Origin: Candidatus Methylomirabilis oxygeniifera
GTDB taxonomy: Bacteria; Methylomirabilota; Methylomirabilia; Methylomirabilales; Methylomirabilaceae
Direction: 5' to 3'
Assembly: GCA_000091165.1 (NCBI GenBank)
Contig: FP565575.1
Span: forward strand, 2,010,001-2,042,000
Length of the DNA: 32,000 bases
The stretch's first letter is position 1. Each line of letters opens with the position of its first letter. The notes under the pieces were generated by a model, which had not been told where the DNA came from, did not search any database, and saw only the letters and a list, made by a program, of their open reading frames with translations. Below, in pieces: positions 18,865 to 27,111 of the stretch. The position numbers and the translations under genes were made by a program.

Positions 18865-19851
18865 TCAGACGGCTGATTGTTCAGCCCGCCAGATACGGAA
18901 GCGGTCGCGTTGGACCCGCTCCACCTTCCACCGATATTTCAACTCCTCCCATTCCGGAACAAAATGTTCCACCACGGCAGGGTTCGGGGAAGCCAGGACC
19001 TCGTCGAGGACCTTTCGGTAAAACCTGGTGATATCCCGCATCACCCCATCCGGATGCTCCCGCCCGGGGATCTTCAGATAATCGACCCCCGCCTGGATAT
19101 AGTCCGGCAGTTCGTGAAGGACGAGGGATGGACTGCTTTTGAGGCCTACCCGCTTCGCGGCGGAATCATCCGTGCGGTCGATATCCCATCCCGCCTGGCA
19201 GACACGATGGCAGCTTCCGCCGCGATTGGCGCTCCCAAAGCAATGATCTTTTCCCTCGGAATCGATCCATCGATCAAAACGGAGGTAGGGGCTCATCGTG
19301 CATCGGCCGGGGCAGATAATCCCTTCCTGAAGCGACGTAAAAAGGAAGACCTCGATGCCGACCGGCACGTCCGCCTTGATCGCGCGGATCTGATCGACCT
19401 CGACGCCCCATCGATAGGAGAGGATGACAACATCCGCGCCGATCTGCTGATAGAATCGTACATCCTCCCGATTGCAGACCGCACACGTCACACTGGCATG
19501 AATATCGACGCCAGGGAAGCGGCGGTGCAGTTGCCTGATACAGCCGATATCGTTGAGGATGAAACTTGACAGGCCCCAGCCGATATACTGCTCGACCTTG
19601 TGATAAAAGAGGTCGATCTCCTGCGGACCGGGCAGGCTGTTCATCGCAACCTTGACCTCCTGCCCCCTGCTCCGCGCGAACTCGTGAATCTCCCGGATCT
19701 CCTCATCCTGAAGCTCATCCTCAGGAGGTCTCCGGCTCCACCCCGCCGGGCCCACGTAGACGGCATCGGCGCCGGCTTCCAACACGGCGATCGCCATCGC
19801 CTGTGTGCCTCCTGGAGCCATCAATTTCACCATGATCGTTTCCTTCCTCAA
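18865..19851 (-). CDS. U32 family (peptidase U32/UbiU-like) Fe-S protein, copy 1
   Basis: KLMAPGGTQAMAIAVLEAGADAVYVG; ICPGRC...GSANRGGSCHRVC; DYIQAGVDYLKIPGRE. Alternative start 19833. Confidence 0.9.
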   Translation of the reverse strand: MRKETIMVKLMAPGGTQAMAIAVLEAGADAVYVGPAGWSRRPPEDELQDEEIREIHEFARSRGQEVKVAMNSLPGPQEIDLFYHKVEQYIGWGLSSFILNDIGCIRQLHRRFPGVDIHASVTCAVCNREDVRFYQQIGADVVILSYRWGVEVDQIRAIKADVPVGIEVFLFTSLQEGIICPGRCTMSPYLRFDRWIDSEGKDHCFGSANRGGSCHRVCQAGWDIDRTDDSAAKRVGLKSSPSLVLHELPDYIQAGVDYLKIPGREHPDGVMRDITRFYRKVLDEVLASPNPAVVEHFVPEWEELKYRWKVERVQRDRFRIWRAEQSAV

Positions 19852-19859
19852 TTATTGCG

Positions 19860-20015
19860 TTCAGCAGTCAGCCGTCGGCGTCAGACAACCCCCTGACCCC
19901 CTTTCAAAAAGGGGGGGGACTCCTGATACACTTCCCTGTCTCCCCTTTTTGCTAAAGGGGGATATGTCTATGTTTCCTTACCTCCCCTTTCGTAAAGGGG
20001 GATTGGGGGAATTTT
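19860..20015. repeat. TCAGCNN repeats plus three CCCCTTT..AAAGGGG-type palindromes
   Basis: TTCAGCAGTCAGCCGTCGGCGTCAG; CCCCCTTTCAAAAAGGGGG; CCCCTTTTTGCTAAAGGGGG; CCCCTTTCGTAAAGGGG. Confidence 0.75.
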
Positions 20016-20045
20016 CGTACGCCCTGGCGCTGCGGCGCTTCAGGG

Positions 20046-21005
20046 CTACTCTATAAACTCTGCAGCAAAGGTCCCTGGAGGCAACCGGTCGATGCCGAGG
20101 AGCGGCCCTCCCCCCACCTTCAGGAGTTCGTCGAAAAGACGCTCAATCTGCCGGACGGTTGAGCCATCCCAAGCGGTCATCACCCGTCGCCGCCAGCTAT
20201 CGCGAAGGATCGTCAGAATTCTGAGATCGATCCCACCCATGACCTGTTCACCTATCTCAGCCCAGATCTCATCGTTCGCCTTTAGGTAGTCGGCGGTATC
20301 GCAAAACGCACGAACGAAACCGCGCAGCAGTTCGGGGTTCCGCTTGGCAAACTCATCAGTGACGGTAAAAAGGGTAATTGGGACAGCGCCGTCGATTCCG
20401 AGGTCTGCAATCAGGTCGAGCACATCCACGACCCGGCGGTACGCCCCAGTCGCCACCAGGGGCGGGATCAACTGCCACCATTGCAACGCGGCATCGACCT
20501 GTCCGCTCTTTAACAAATCGGCCAGAGTCCCTTTAGAGAGCGCTTCGACAATCGTGTTCTCCTGTTGGGGATCAAAGCCAAACTGTTTCATGCACGCCGC
20601 CCTCAAAATAATCCAGTTCTTGTCGCGCAGCCGAACCACCCCGACGCGCTTCCCGTGAAGATCTTGCAGTCCGTTGATCGATGAGTCGGAAGGAACCACA
20701 AGTCCTCCCGCAATCCGTCCATAGGGGAAGAACGCCGTGACGGGTAGACCATCCGTCCGGTGGCGACCGATGACGATCCAATCGATGTCGATCAGATCGA
20801 CGGCCCCCTCTTTCAGGGCCACCTCAAACGATTGGAACGCGCCTGTGATCTGATCCCGAACCAGGGTAATCTGCAGGTCAAAGCCGTGCTTGGCATCAAG
20901 CTCCAGCTTCTTCATCGCATAGACGAACCAGCGGGGGCTCCCGGTCGGCTCAAAGGCCGCCCGCAGAACCGGTAGTCCGGTTGCGCCGTTATTCACAGCC
21001 ATCAT
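20046..21005 (-). CDS. ABC-type substrate-binding-fold protein (NMT1/THI5/SsuA-like), no signal peptide apparent
   Basis: LRAAFEPTGSPRWFVYAMKKLELDAKHGFDLQITLV; SINGLQDLHGKRVGVVRLRDKNWIILRAACMKQFGFDPQ; LKSGQVDAALQWWQLIPPLVATG. Confidence 0.8.
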   Translation of the reverse strand: MMAVNNGATGLPVLRAAFEPTGSPRWFVYAMKKLELDAKHGFDLQITLVRDQITGAFQSFEVALKEGAVDLIDIDWIVIGRHRTDGLPVTAFFPYGRIAGGLVVPSDSSINGLQDLHGKRVGVVRLRDKNWIILRAACMKQFGFDPQQENTIVEALSKGTLADLLKSGQVDAALQWWQLIPPLVATGAYRRVVDVLDLIADLGIDGAVPITLFTVTDEFAKRNPELLRGFVRAFCDTADYLKANDEIWAEIGEQVMGGIDLRILTILRDSWRRRVMTAWDGSTVRQIERLFDELLKVGGGPLLGIDRLPPGTFAAEFIE

Positions 21006-21019
21006 ACAGATTCACTCCT

Positions 21020-21112
21020 TGAAAAACAGACTGAAGGCTGAAGGTAGACAGGCTAAACACTTGAGGCTAAAAGTAAGACTTTTTGACCTGAAAGCCTCCA
21101 GCCCAAGCCCCT
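21020..21112. repeat. degenerate GGCTGAAG/CTTCAGCC inverted repeat cluster
   Basis: GACTGAAGGCTGAAGGTAGACAGGCTA ... GCCTCCAGCCCAAGCCCCTTCAGCC. Confidence 0.6.
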
Positions 21113-22108
21113 TCAGCCTATCTGCCTGGTGCTTCCCAGCAGCAGACCCGCCCGCCTGGTGCGCTCCATCGTCCACCGCTTTCTCAGCTCTTGCCATTCG
21201 GGAACATACGGCTCCAGCGACAGATCGGTCCCGGATGCCACGATCGCATCGATCAATCTCCGGTAAAACCGCGTAATGTCCTGCATCAACTCTTCTGACC
21301 GTTCCCGCCCCTGGATCTTCAAGTAATCGACCCCCGCCTCGACAAAACCCGGCAGCTCCCATAATTGGAGGAAGGGATCGTTGCGCAACGTACTCTTGCC
21401 ATCGAACTCTCCGTCGGACCCCGCCACGTCCCATCCTCCCTGACAGACCCGCGAGCAGCCCCTGGCGCCGCGATTGGCGGAGCCGATGACCTCATCATCT
21501 GCGCCATCCGACCACTCCTTATAGACGAGGTAGCTGCTCATAATGCACTTACCCGGACAGACGATCCCGAGCGGCATCGGCTGAAAGAGAAAGATCTCTA
21601 CGTTCATGCCGACCTCTGTCTTGATCGCCTTCACCTCATCAGGCTGTAGTCGGTACGGCAGGATGATGCAGCTTCCCCCGAGCGTTTTGTAGAAGTAGAT
21701 ATCCTGGCGGTTGGTCACGGCGCTCCCGATGCTGACATGGATGTCGATCGTAGGAAATTGGCGCCGGACAGCGACGATACACCCGGGATCAGACAGGACG
21801 AACCCGGACACACCCCACCCCGCATACGCTTCGACCTTCTGCATCAGGCGCGGCATCTCGGTGGGGCCGGGCATGGCATTGAGGGCGACCTTGACCTCTC
21901 GCCCCATGGCGTTGGCCAATTCGCTCAGCTCCCTGATCTCCTCATCAACCAAATCCATCTGGGACGATCGGCGGCTCCACCCGCGGGCCCCGACATAGAC
22001 GGCGTCGGCGCCCTCGGCCAGCGCGTTACAGGCCATCCGCAGCGTCCCGCCGGGGGCGAGTAACTTCACCGTCTGCGTCACGGTATGCGCGCCTGTAGTC
22101 ATCGGCAT
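21113..22108 (-). CDS. U32 family Fe-S protein, copy 2
   Basis: VKLLAPGGTLRMACNALAEGADAVYVGARGWSRR; GIVCPGKCIMSSYL...GSANRGARGCSRVCQGGWD; start chosen at Met20 of the ORF (overlaps stop of next gene). Confidence 0.9.
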   Translation of the reverse strand: MPMTTGAHTVTQTVKLLAPGGTLRMACNALAEGADAVYVGARGWSRRSSQMDLVDEEIRELSELANAMGREVKVALNAMPGPTEMPRLMQKVEAYAGWGVSGFVLSDPGCIVAVRRQFPTIDIHVSIGSAVTNRQDIYFYKTLGGSCIILPYRLQPDEVKAIKTEVGMNVEIFLFQPMPLGIVCPGKCIMSSYLVYKEWSDGADDEVIGSANRGARGCSRVCQGGWDVAGSDGEFDGKSTLRNDPFLQLWELPGFVEAGVDYLKIQGRERSEELMQDITRFYRRLIDAIVASGTDLSLEPYVPEWQELRKRWTMERTRRAGLLLGSTRQIG

Positions 22109-23064
22109 CAGGCCTTCGCCCGCGCAACGAGACGGTCGTCTCGCCGCCTCCGCTCGCTCGCCCACCGCTTCTTCAACTCCTGCAACTCGGACACATAATG
22201 GGCCGTCACCTCATCGGTCGGAAAAATCTGTAAATCGTCGACAACCTTCCGGTAGAAGCTGACGATATCCCGGACCAGATCATCGGACCGATCCCTCCCC
22301 GGCACTTTGAAGTAGTCCACGCCCGCCTGAATATAGTCGGACAGCTCCTGCAGCCAGAGCAACGGGTTGCCTTTCAGGCCGAACTTTCCGTCGATCTCTC
22401 GGTCATCGGCCGTCGCCTCCCACCCGACCTGGCAGACCCGCAGGCAATCACCGCCCCGGTTCGCGCTGCCGTAAAAGTAATCCTTCCCCTCGTTATCGAG
22501 CCACCGGTTGGAGCTGAAGTAACTGCTCATCGTACACTTGCCCGGACAGACGATCCCATCCAGATTCTCGGTCCTGAACAGGAAGACCTCCAGGCCCACA
22601 TCCAGGGATTGCTTGATGGCCCGGACGTCTTCGATCCCCATCCGGTACGGCAGGATGACGACGCTGGCCCCCAGCTCGTGGTAAAACTTCACCTCAAGGG
22701 CGTTGCTCAGTCCGGCTCCAACGCTGACATGGATCGTGATGTCAGGGAAGTGGGATCGCACCTGAACCATGGAACCGATGTCGCTGATCATGAACCCGGT
22801 GACGCCCCACCCGGTATACATGTCCACCTTCTTCAGGAGGAGCGGGACCTCTTCCGAGCTGGGCATCGTGTTTAGCACAACCCTCACATGCTTACCCTGA
22901 GCGCGCGCCGCAGCGCAGAGCTCCCGGACCTCTGCGTCGGTCAGTTCAGTGTCGGAACCCCTTCGACTCCATCCCCTGACGCCGACATAGACCGTATCGG
23001 CCCCCGCCTCCAGAACTGAGAAAGCCATCGTCCGCGTTCCGCCAGGCGCCATCAGCTTCGCCAT
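22108..23064 (-). CDS. U32 family Fe-S protein, copy 3
   Basis: MAKLMAPGGTRTMAFSVLEAGADTVYVGVRGWSRR; GIVCPGKCTMSSYF...GSANRGGDCLRVCQVGWE; VDYFKVPGRDRSD. Confidence 0.9.
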   Translation of the reverse strand: MAKLMAPGGTRTMAFSVLEAGADTVYVGVRGWSRRGSDTELTDAEVRELCAAARAQGKHVRVVLNTMPSSEEVPLLLKKVDMYTGWGVTGFMISDIGSMVQVRSHFPDITIHVSVGAGLSNALEVKFYHELGASVVILPYRMGIEDVRAIKQSLDVGLEVFLFRTENLDGIVCPGKCTMSSYFSSNRWLDNEGKDYFYGSANRGGDCLRVCQVGWEATADDREIDGKFGLKGNPLLWLQELSDYIQAGVDYFKVPGRDRSDDLVRDIVSFYRKVVDDLQIFPTDEVTAHYVSELQELKKRWASERRRRDDRLVARAKA

Positions 23065-23089
23065 TGGTTACCCCTCCCCACGCCCTTCG

Positions 23090-24010
23090 TCACGCAATCG
23101 GAGACAGCGCCTGAGGGCTGAGATATTCCTGCCCGGACACGCCGAAATAAAATCCATTGCAGAGTCCGCTATGCGACACCGATCTCAACTGATCCAGCCA
23201 CGGCTCAGCGGCACACTCCTCGCCGGACTGAGCCTTGTGGAGCGCCTCCCGGTAGACGCGTCCTGCCGTTTCGACGTAGGCGCCCGTTTCCCCAAGCGTA
23301 TAGATGTAGAACAGGTTGAGGTCGCTCTGGACCAGGCGATCCAGATACTCGAGCATGCACAGATCCTTGCCGCTCAGGTTTGCCCTGCCGATGCTCTTGA
23401 GCTCCCACTCTTCATGGGTCAGCCAGTGTCCCTGGGAGCAGCTCTCTTCGCAATGGAGCGGCACCTGACCGGTGTAGTCAGTCACGAAGCAGGTCCCCGA
23501 AATCGCCAGCGGGATCTTGCCGTGCAGAGGGACAATCACCTGAACGGGCGAGTGATCCCGAATATAGATCAGCTCTTCCAGGCTCAGTTCAGCGTTCGGA
23601 AAGACCCGTTCCACCCCATACGCCTGGAGTACCCGCGCGGTCTCGTGCGTGTAGAGGTTGCCGAAGACCCCAAGATGGATCGGGATATCACCAAGGATCT
23701 CGCGCACCATCCCCAACAGGCCCATATTGTGGACCTCGACACCGTCAAGGGGCAGCCCGCGGACACCCTGGAGCAGCTCCTTAATCCAAACCAGGTCGCT
23801 GTCCTTCGGAATAGCGTATGTGCTCAGATAGCACTTCTTTCCCATCGACTTGATCCGCTCCACCCCCGAGACAAGCGTCTCGATATTTCGGGAGAAGTTA
23901 CCGGGATAGAGGGGGCAGGTATAGTCACCCAGGTAGAGTGCATCGTATGCAGACAGATCGATCTCGTGCAACTGCTTGGGTCCGGGAATATGCGTGGATA
24001 ATTCAAACAT
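23090..24010 (-). CDS. divergent U32-like protein, copy 4
   Basis: YDALYLGDYTCPLYPGNFS; ISGTCFVTDYTGQVPLHCEESCSQGHW; LSGKDLCMLEYLDRLVQSDLNLFYIYTLGETGAYVETAGRVYREAL. Start chosen at MFELSTHIPG. Confidence 0.75.
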   Translation of the reverse strand: MFELSTHIPGPKQLHEIDLSAYDALYLGDYTCPLYPGNFSRNIETLVSGVERIKSMGKKCYLSTYAIPKDSDLVWIKELLQGVRGLPLDGVEVHNMGLLGMVREILGDIPIHLGVFGNLYTHETARVLQAYGVERVFPNAELSLEELIYIRDHSPVQVIVPLHGKIPLAISGTCFVTDYTGQVPLHCEESCSQGHWLTHEEWELKSIGRANLSGKDLCMLEYLDRLVQSDLNLFYIYTLGETGAYVETAGRVYREALHKAQSGEECAAEPWLDQLRSVSHSGLCNGFYFGVSGQEYLSPQALSPIA

Positions 24011-24378
24011 CTCAGCCTCCACCGTCGTTTGAGAATGAGTAGCGAGCAGGACTATTGTCCAAAAGGGATTGGAGATATTGCACATCGAGTGCCAACCGCT
24101 CTCGGGACTAGTGATGTAAGTTGCTGATTCTTATGATGGTGACTGGCGAAGATCAGGAGTGTTGGCAGACTAATTCAGCGGGACAAGACGAGCAGTGGGG
24201 CAAACGCCCCAACGTGGGTGATCTGCCCCATCTCATGCGTGCTGCGCCATGAAGAGATACCGGCGCTTATTTCAACCTGTCAGTTAGGCGCGTTGAAACG
24301 GTTTCGAGGTACGCCTATCTGGAGTCCTGGGGAATCTGTAGCAGCCCATGGGGGCTAAGATTGTAAGCTCGTTCACGC

Positions 24379-24705
24379 TTACGGTGTGATCGCGACACCA
24401 TACGTCAGGACATACGCAGCGAAACTGGCGGGTTCAGGCTGGTGCAGCGAGCGCGCGGAAAAGAAATGGAGCTTGATATCATCGCCTGCCTTCTCTTGTA
24501 CCAGGGCTGCGGTGTGCGCGCGGGTCGCAAGGTCCCACGATTCGAGGTCCTCCAGAAAGACCGCGAGATCGATGTCGCCCGATTCATCGGCGCCTTCTTC
24601 CACCCACGAACCAAACAGGTAGGCCGCCGCTACCGGGGTATAGCGGGACAGCAGCTCCAGTGCGTACTGAGCGCGGTGTTTGATCACAGCGTCGATGTCA
24701 GCCAT
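24379..24705 (-). CDS. nucleotidyltransferase-domain protein (MNT-like)
   Basis: YLFGSWVEEGADESGDIDLAVFLED (GSx10DxD motif). Confidence 0.85.
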   Translation of the reverse strand: MADIDAVIKHRAQYALELLSRYTPVAAAYLFGSWVEEGADESGDIDLAVFLEDLESWDLATRAHTAALVQEKAGDDIKLHFFSARSLHQPEPASFAAYVLTYGVAITP

Positions 24706-24760
24706 CACACCACCCCCTTCGTTTTCTTTACTACCCCAAAGAGGGCTGCCTGTAAGAAGT

Positions 24761-25867
24761 TCAGTGAGTCGCAAGGACCTCGCGAAGAGCGGCGACAAAT
24801 CGCTCATTCTCATGAAAGGCGCCGATGGTGACCCTCAGGGACGTCCGGAGCCCATATCGGGCTAGAGAACAGACGGCCACTCGTTTCTCCGCCAAGACTC
24901 GAACAACCTGGTCGACATCCCGTTCGACATCGACAAGGATGAAGTTTGCCGCCGTCGGTACGTAGCGTACTCTCAGCTTCTCAAAAGCCTGGTAGAGATA
25001 CTGCTTGCCATCCTCATTAAGGCGCTTCGAGCCGACGAGGTGCGCCTCATCATCGAGGGCAGCCACGGCGGCTGCGCCGGCTAAGACGTTGACGTTGAAC
25101 GGCTGCCTCGCCTTATCAATGAGCGCAACACAATCGGGCGGGGCGATCGCGTACCCGATCCGCAGCCCCGACAACCCGTAAATCTTGGAGAAGCTCCGCA
25201 ATGCGATCACCGAGCGGCCCTCCCGCACGTAGCGCACGGCGTCAGGCTGAAGCTCGTCGGGGAGATACTCACGATATGCCTCGTCGAGAAGAACGATGAC
25301 CCTTTCCGGGAGCGCCTCGATAAAGGCGGCGATGTCATGGGGCGGGACACAGCTTCCTGTCGGATTGTTCGGGTTGCTGATAAAGACCATCCTGGTCCGC
25401 AGCGTAATCTGTTGAGCCATGGCCTGAAGATCATGGCGAAACGCTTTCAATGGAACTGCGGCTCGTTGGCTTCCCGCAGCCTGAACCACCCGGCCGTAGA
25501 AGGCGAAGGCGGGATCGCCAACGATAGCCTCTGCGTCAGGACCGAGGAAGCACCGCGCGCACAGATCGATCAGCTCACTACTGCCGTTCCCCAGCGCAAT
25601 ATGCGCCGGTGACAGCCCGAGTCGCGCGGCCAATCGCTCCTTGAGATCGTGTCCCTGACAATCGGGGTACCGGTTGAGACCGTGCAGCAGACCCTGTATC
25701 GCCTTGACCGCCAGCGGTGACGGTCCCAGGGGATTTTCGTTGTAGTCGAGTTTGACCCACTCCTCACTCGCCGGCCTCTTTCCAGTTTCATCAAATGGCC
25801 TACTATGGCGGTAAGGGGGCAGCCGCTTCAGGTGTGGAGAAGCCGCCTCTTCAAAGTCGGAAGGCAT
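24761..25867 (-). CDS. hisC: histidinol-phosphate aminotransferase-like (class I/II PLP aminotransferase)
   Basis: KLDYNENPLGPSPLAVKAI; RMVFISNPNNPTG; VIVLLDEAYREY; SFSKIYGLSGLRIGYAIA. Confidence 0.9.
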   Translation of the reverse strand: MPSDFEEAASPHLKRLPPYRHSRPFDETGKRPASEEWVKLDYNENPLGPSPLAVKAIQGLLHGLNRYPDCQGHDLKERLAARLGLSPAHIALGNGSSELIDLCARCFLGPDAEAIVGDPAFAFYGRVVQAAGSQRAAVPLKAFRHDLQAMAQQITLRTRMVFISNPNNPTGSCVPPHDIAAFIEALPERVIVLLDEAYREYLPDELQPDAVRYVREGRSVIALRSFSKIYGLSGLRIGYAIAPPDCVALIDKARQPFNVNVLAGAAAVAALDDEAHLVGSKRLNEDGKQYLYQAFEKLRVRYVPTAANFILVDVERDVDQVVRVLAEKRVAVCSLARYGLRTSLRVTIGAFHENERFVAALREVLATH

Positions 25868-25881
25868 GATCCGGAATGGGA

Positions 25882-26589
25882 CTAGAAATGTTTGTAGCGG
25901 TAGGCCACCGCCACGGCCTCGAGCTTGGTGTGGAGGCCGAGTTTGACGAGGATCTTCTGGGTATGGTTGCGGGCGGTGGTAGTGCTGATTTGAAGCGCTT
26001 TCGCAATCCCCTTGGCAGTCTCGCCGCGGGCGATGAACCGGAGAACCTCCTGCTCTCTAGGCGTTAATGTCTTTAAGGGAGAGGCGCTCTCCGAGGTCGT
26101 CATTGCACCGCCATCCGAGAGGGTCCCTTCGCTTCCCAGCAGGGACTGGACCTTGCCGAGCAGGACCTCGGTCTCTACCTGCCGGGTGACGTCGTGAAAG
26201 ATGTGCACCATGGTGAAGAGGCTCGGAGAACCGGAGGGGACGACGATGGTGCTGACGTGGAGCCAGAGGGGGCGCCCCGTCTTGGTGTGGATCATGATCT
26301 CGCGCCCCTCAACCGGCTCCTCTTTCCTGGCTGAGGTGATCGGGGTACAATTCTCTCCGCACAGCCGGCACCCTGTTCGATTTCTGACAGCCCACACCTC
26401 GGAGCAGGGCTTTCCCAAAACCTCTGCCGCCGTAAACCCCACCAGGCGTTCAGCCGCCTTGTTCCACAGGGTGATCATGTGGTCTTGATCGACGCCGAGC
26501 GCTCCGTCTGCCGTATTTGAAAAGATCTCAGCAAGCGAACTTGTCGCCGGGTACGCCGTATCCATTATCTGTGCCATGCGGTTGTACAC
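25882..26589 (-). CDS. PAS domain + LuxR-type HTH transcriptional regulator
   Basis: PAS region 'ITLWNKAAERLVGFTAAEVLGKPCSEVW'; C-terminal 'LTPREQEVLRFIARGETAKGIAKALQISTTTARNHTQKILVKLGLHTKLEAV'. Confidence 0.9.
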   Translation of the reverse strand: MYNRMAQIMDTAYPATSSLAEIFSNTADGALGVDQDHMITLWNKAAERLVGFTAAEVLGKPCSEVWAVRNRTGCRLCGENCTPITSARKEEPVEGREIMIHTKTGRPLWLHVSTIVVPSGSPSLFTMVHIFHDVTRQVETEVLLGKVQSLLGSEGTLSDGGAMTTSESASPLKTLTPREQEVLRFIARGETAKGIAKALQISTTTARNHTQKILVKLGLHTKLEAVAVAYRYKHF

Positions 26590-26673
26590 ACCTTACATTA
26601 GGAAAAGACTATACTCAGGAAGATACCTGAGACCGCCAAAAAAATCAAGGGAAGCAATGAACTGTAACGTTGG

Positions 26674-27039
26674 TCATTCTTTGAGCAGCATCGGCTCCTC
26701 TTGCGCCTCTTGGTTATCGGCTGTAGGGCCCTTATGCATCTGATCAGGCCGCAGATCAGAGATATCCATCGTCGAATTCTCCGCCGCTTTGCCTTGAGAA
26801 GGACCAAGTGGCGTCAACCTCTCGAAATCCAGTAAGACGCGGTCCGCATCCGGCTCGGTTGCGTGCTCGACGGCCCGTTGTACCCTGCGCTTCGTGATCC
26901 GCCCAATGAGTACGCCGAGTAGAAATGCGACAAGGATGATCCCGGCTAGCTGAAGCGCCGGTACTGAAACTGATGCAACCCTTAGAAAGTCGATGAAGGC
27001 GAAGAGCAGATCGAGTGCGCTTTCAATGATCGCCCACAT
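26674..27039 (-). CDS. small membrane protein, function unknown
   Basis: TM 'LQLAGIILVAFLLGVLIGRITKRRV' followed by a charged tail. Confidence 0.5.
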   Translation of the reverse strand: MWAIIESALDLLFAFIDFLRVASVSVPALQLAGIILVAFLLGVLIGRITKRRVQRAVEHATEPDADRVLLDFERLTPLGPSQGKAAENSTMDISDLRPDQMHKGPTADNQEAQEEPMLLKE

Positions 27040-27111
27040 ATTGTCCCGCGTAAGGATGAGGTGATTGTGACTGCGACTTCAAGGCGGGTGGCGCTGCGAC
27101 AGGAAAGGCCG

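Noticed and set aside
18098-19021. 307-aa plus-strand ORF antisense to the dikinase and U32-1 genes
   Set aside because: Spans the opposite strand of two well supported genes and has no domain; artefact of GC-rich codon usage.
18877-19569. 230-aa plus-strand ORF antisense to U32-1
   Set aside because: Mirror ORF of the coding strand without coherent domain signal.
21012-21434. 140-aa minus-strand ORF overlapping the U32-2 C-terminus and spacer
   Set aside because: Out of frame with the well supported U32-2 gene and partly translated from repeat sequence; no domain.
23171-24001. 276-aa plus-strand ORF antisense to the divergent U32 gene
   Set aside because: Mirror ORF; the minus-strand frame has clear U32-like motifs.
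24379-24705. MntA-HEPN toxin-antitoxin pair
   Set aside because: The nucleotidyltransferase domain is present but no HEPN partner ORF is adjacent on either side.
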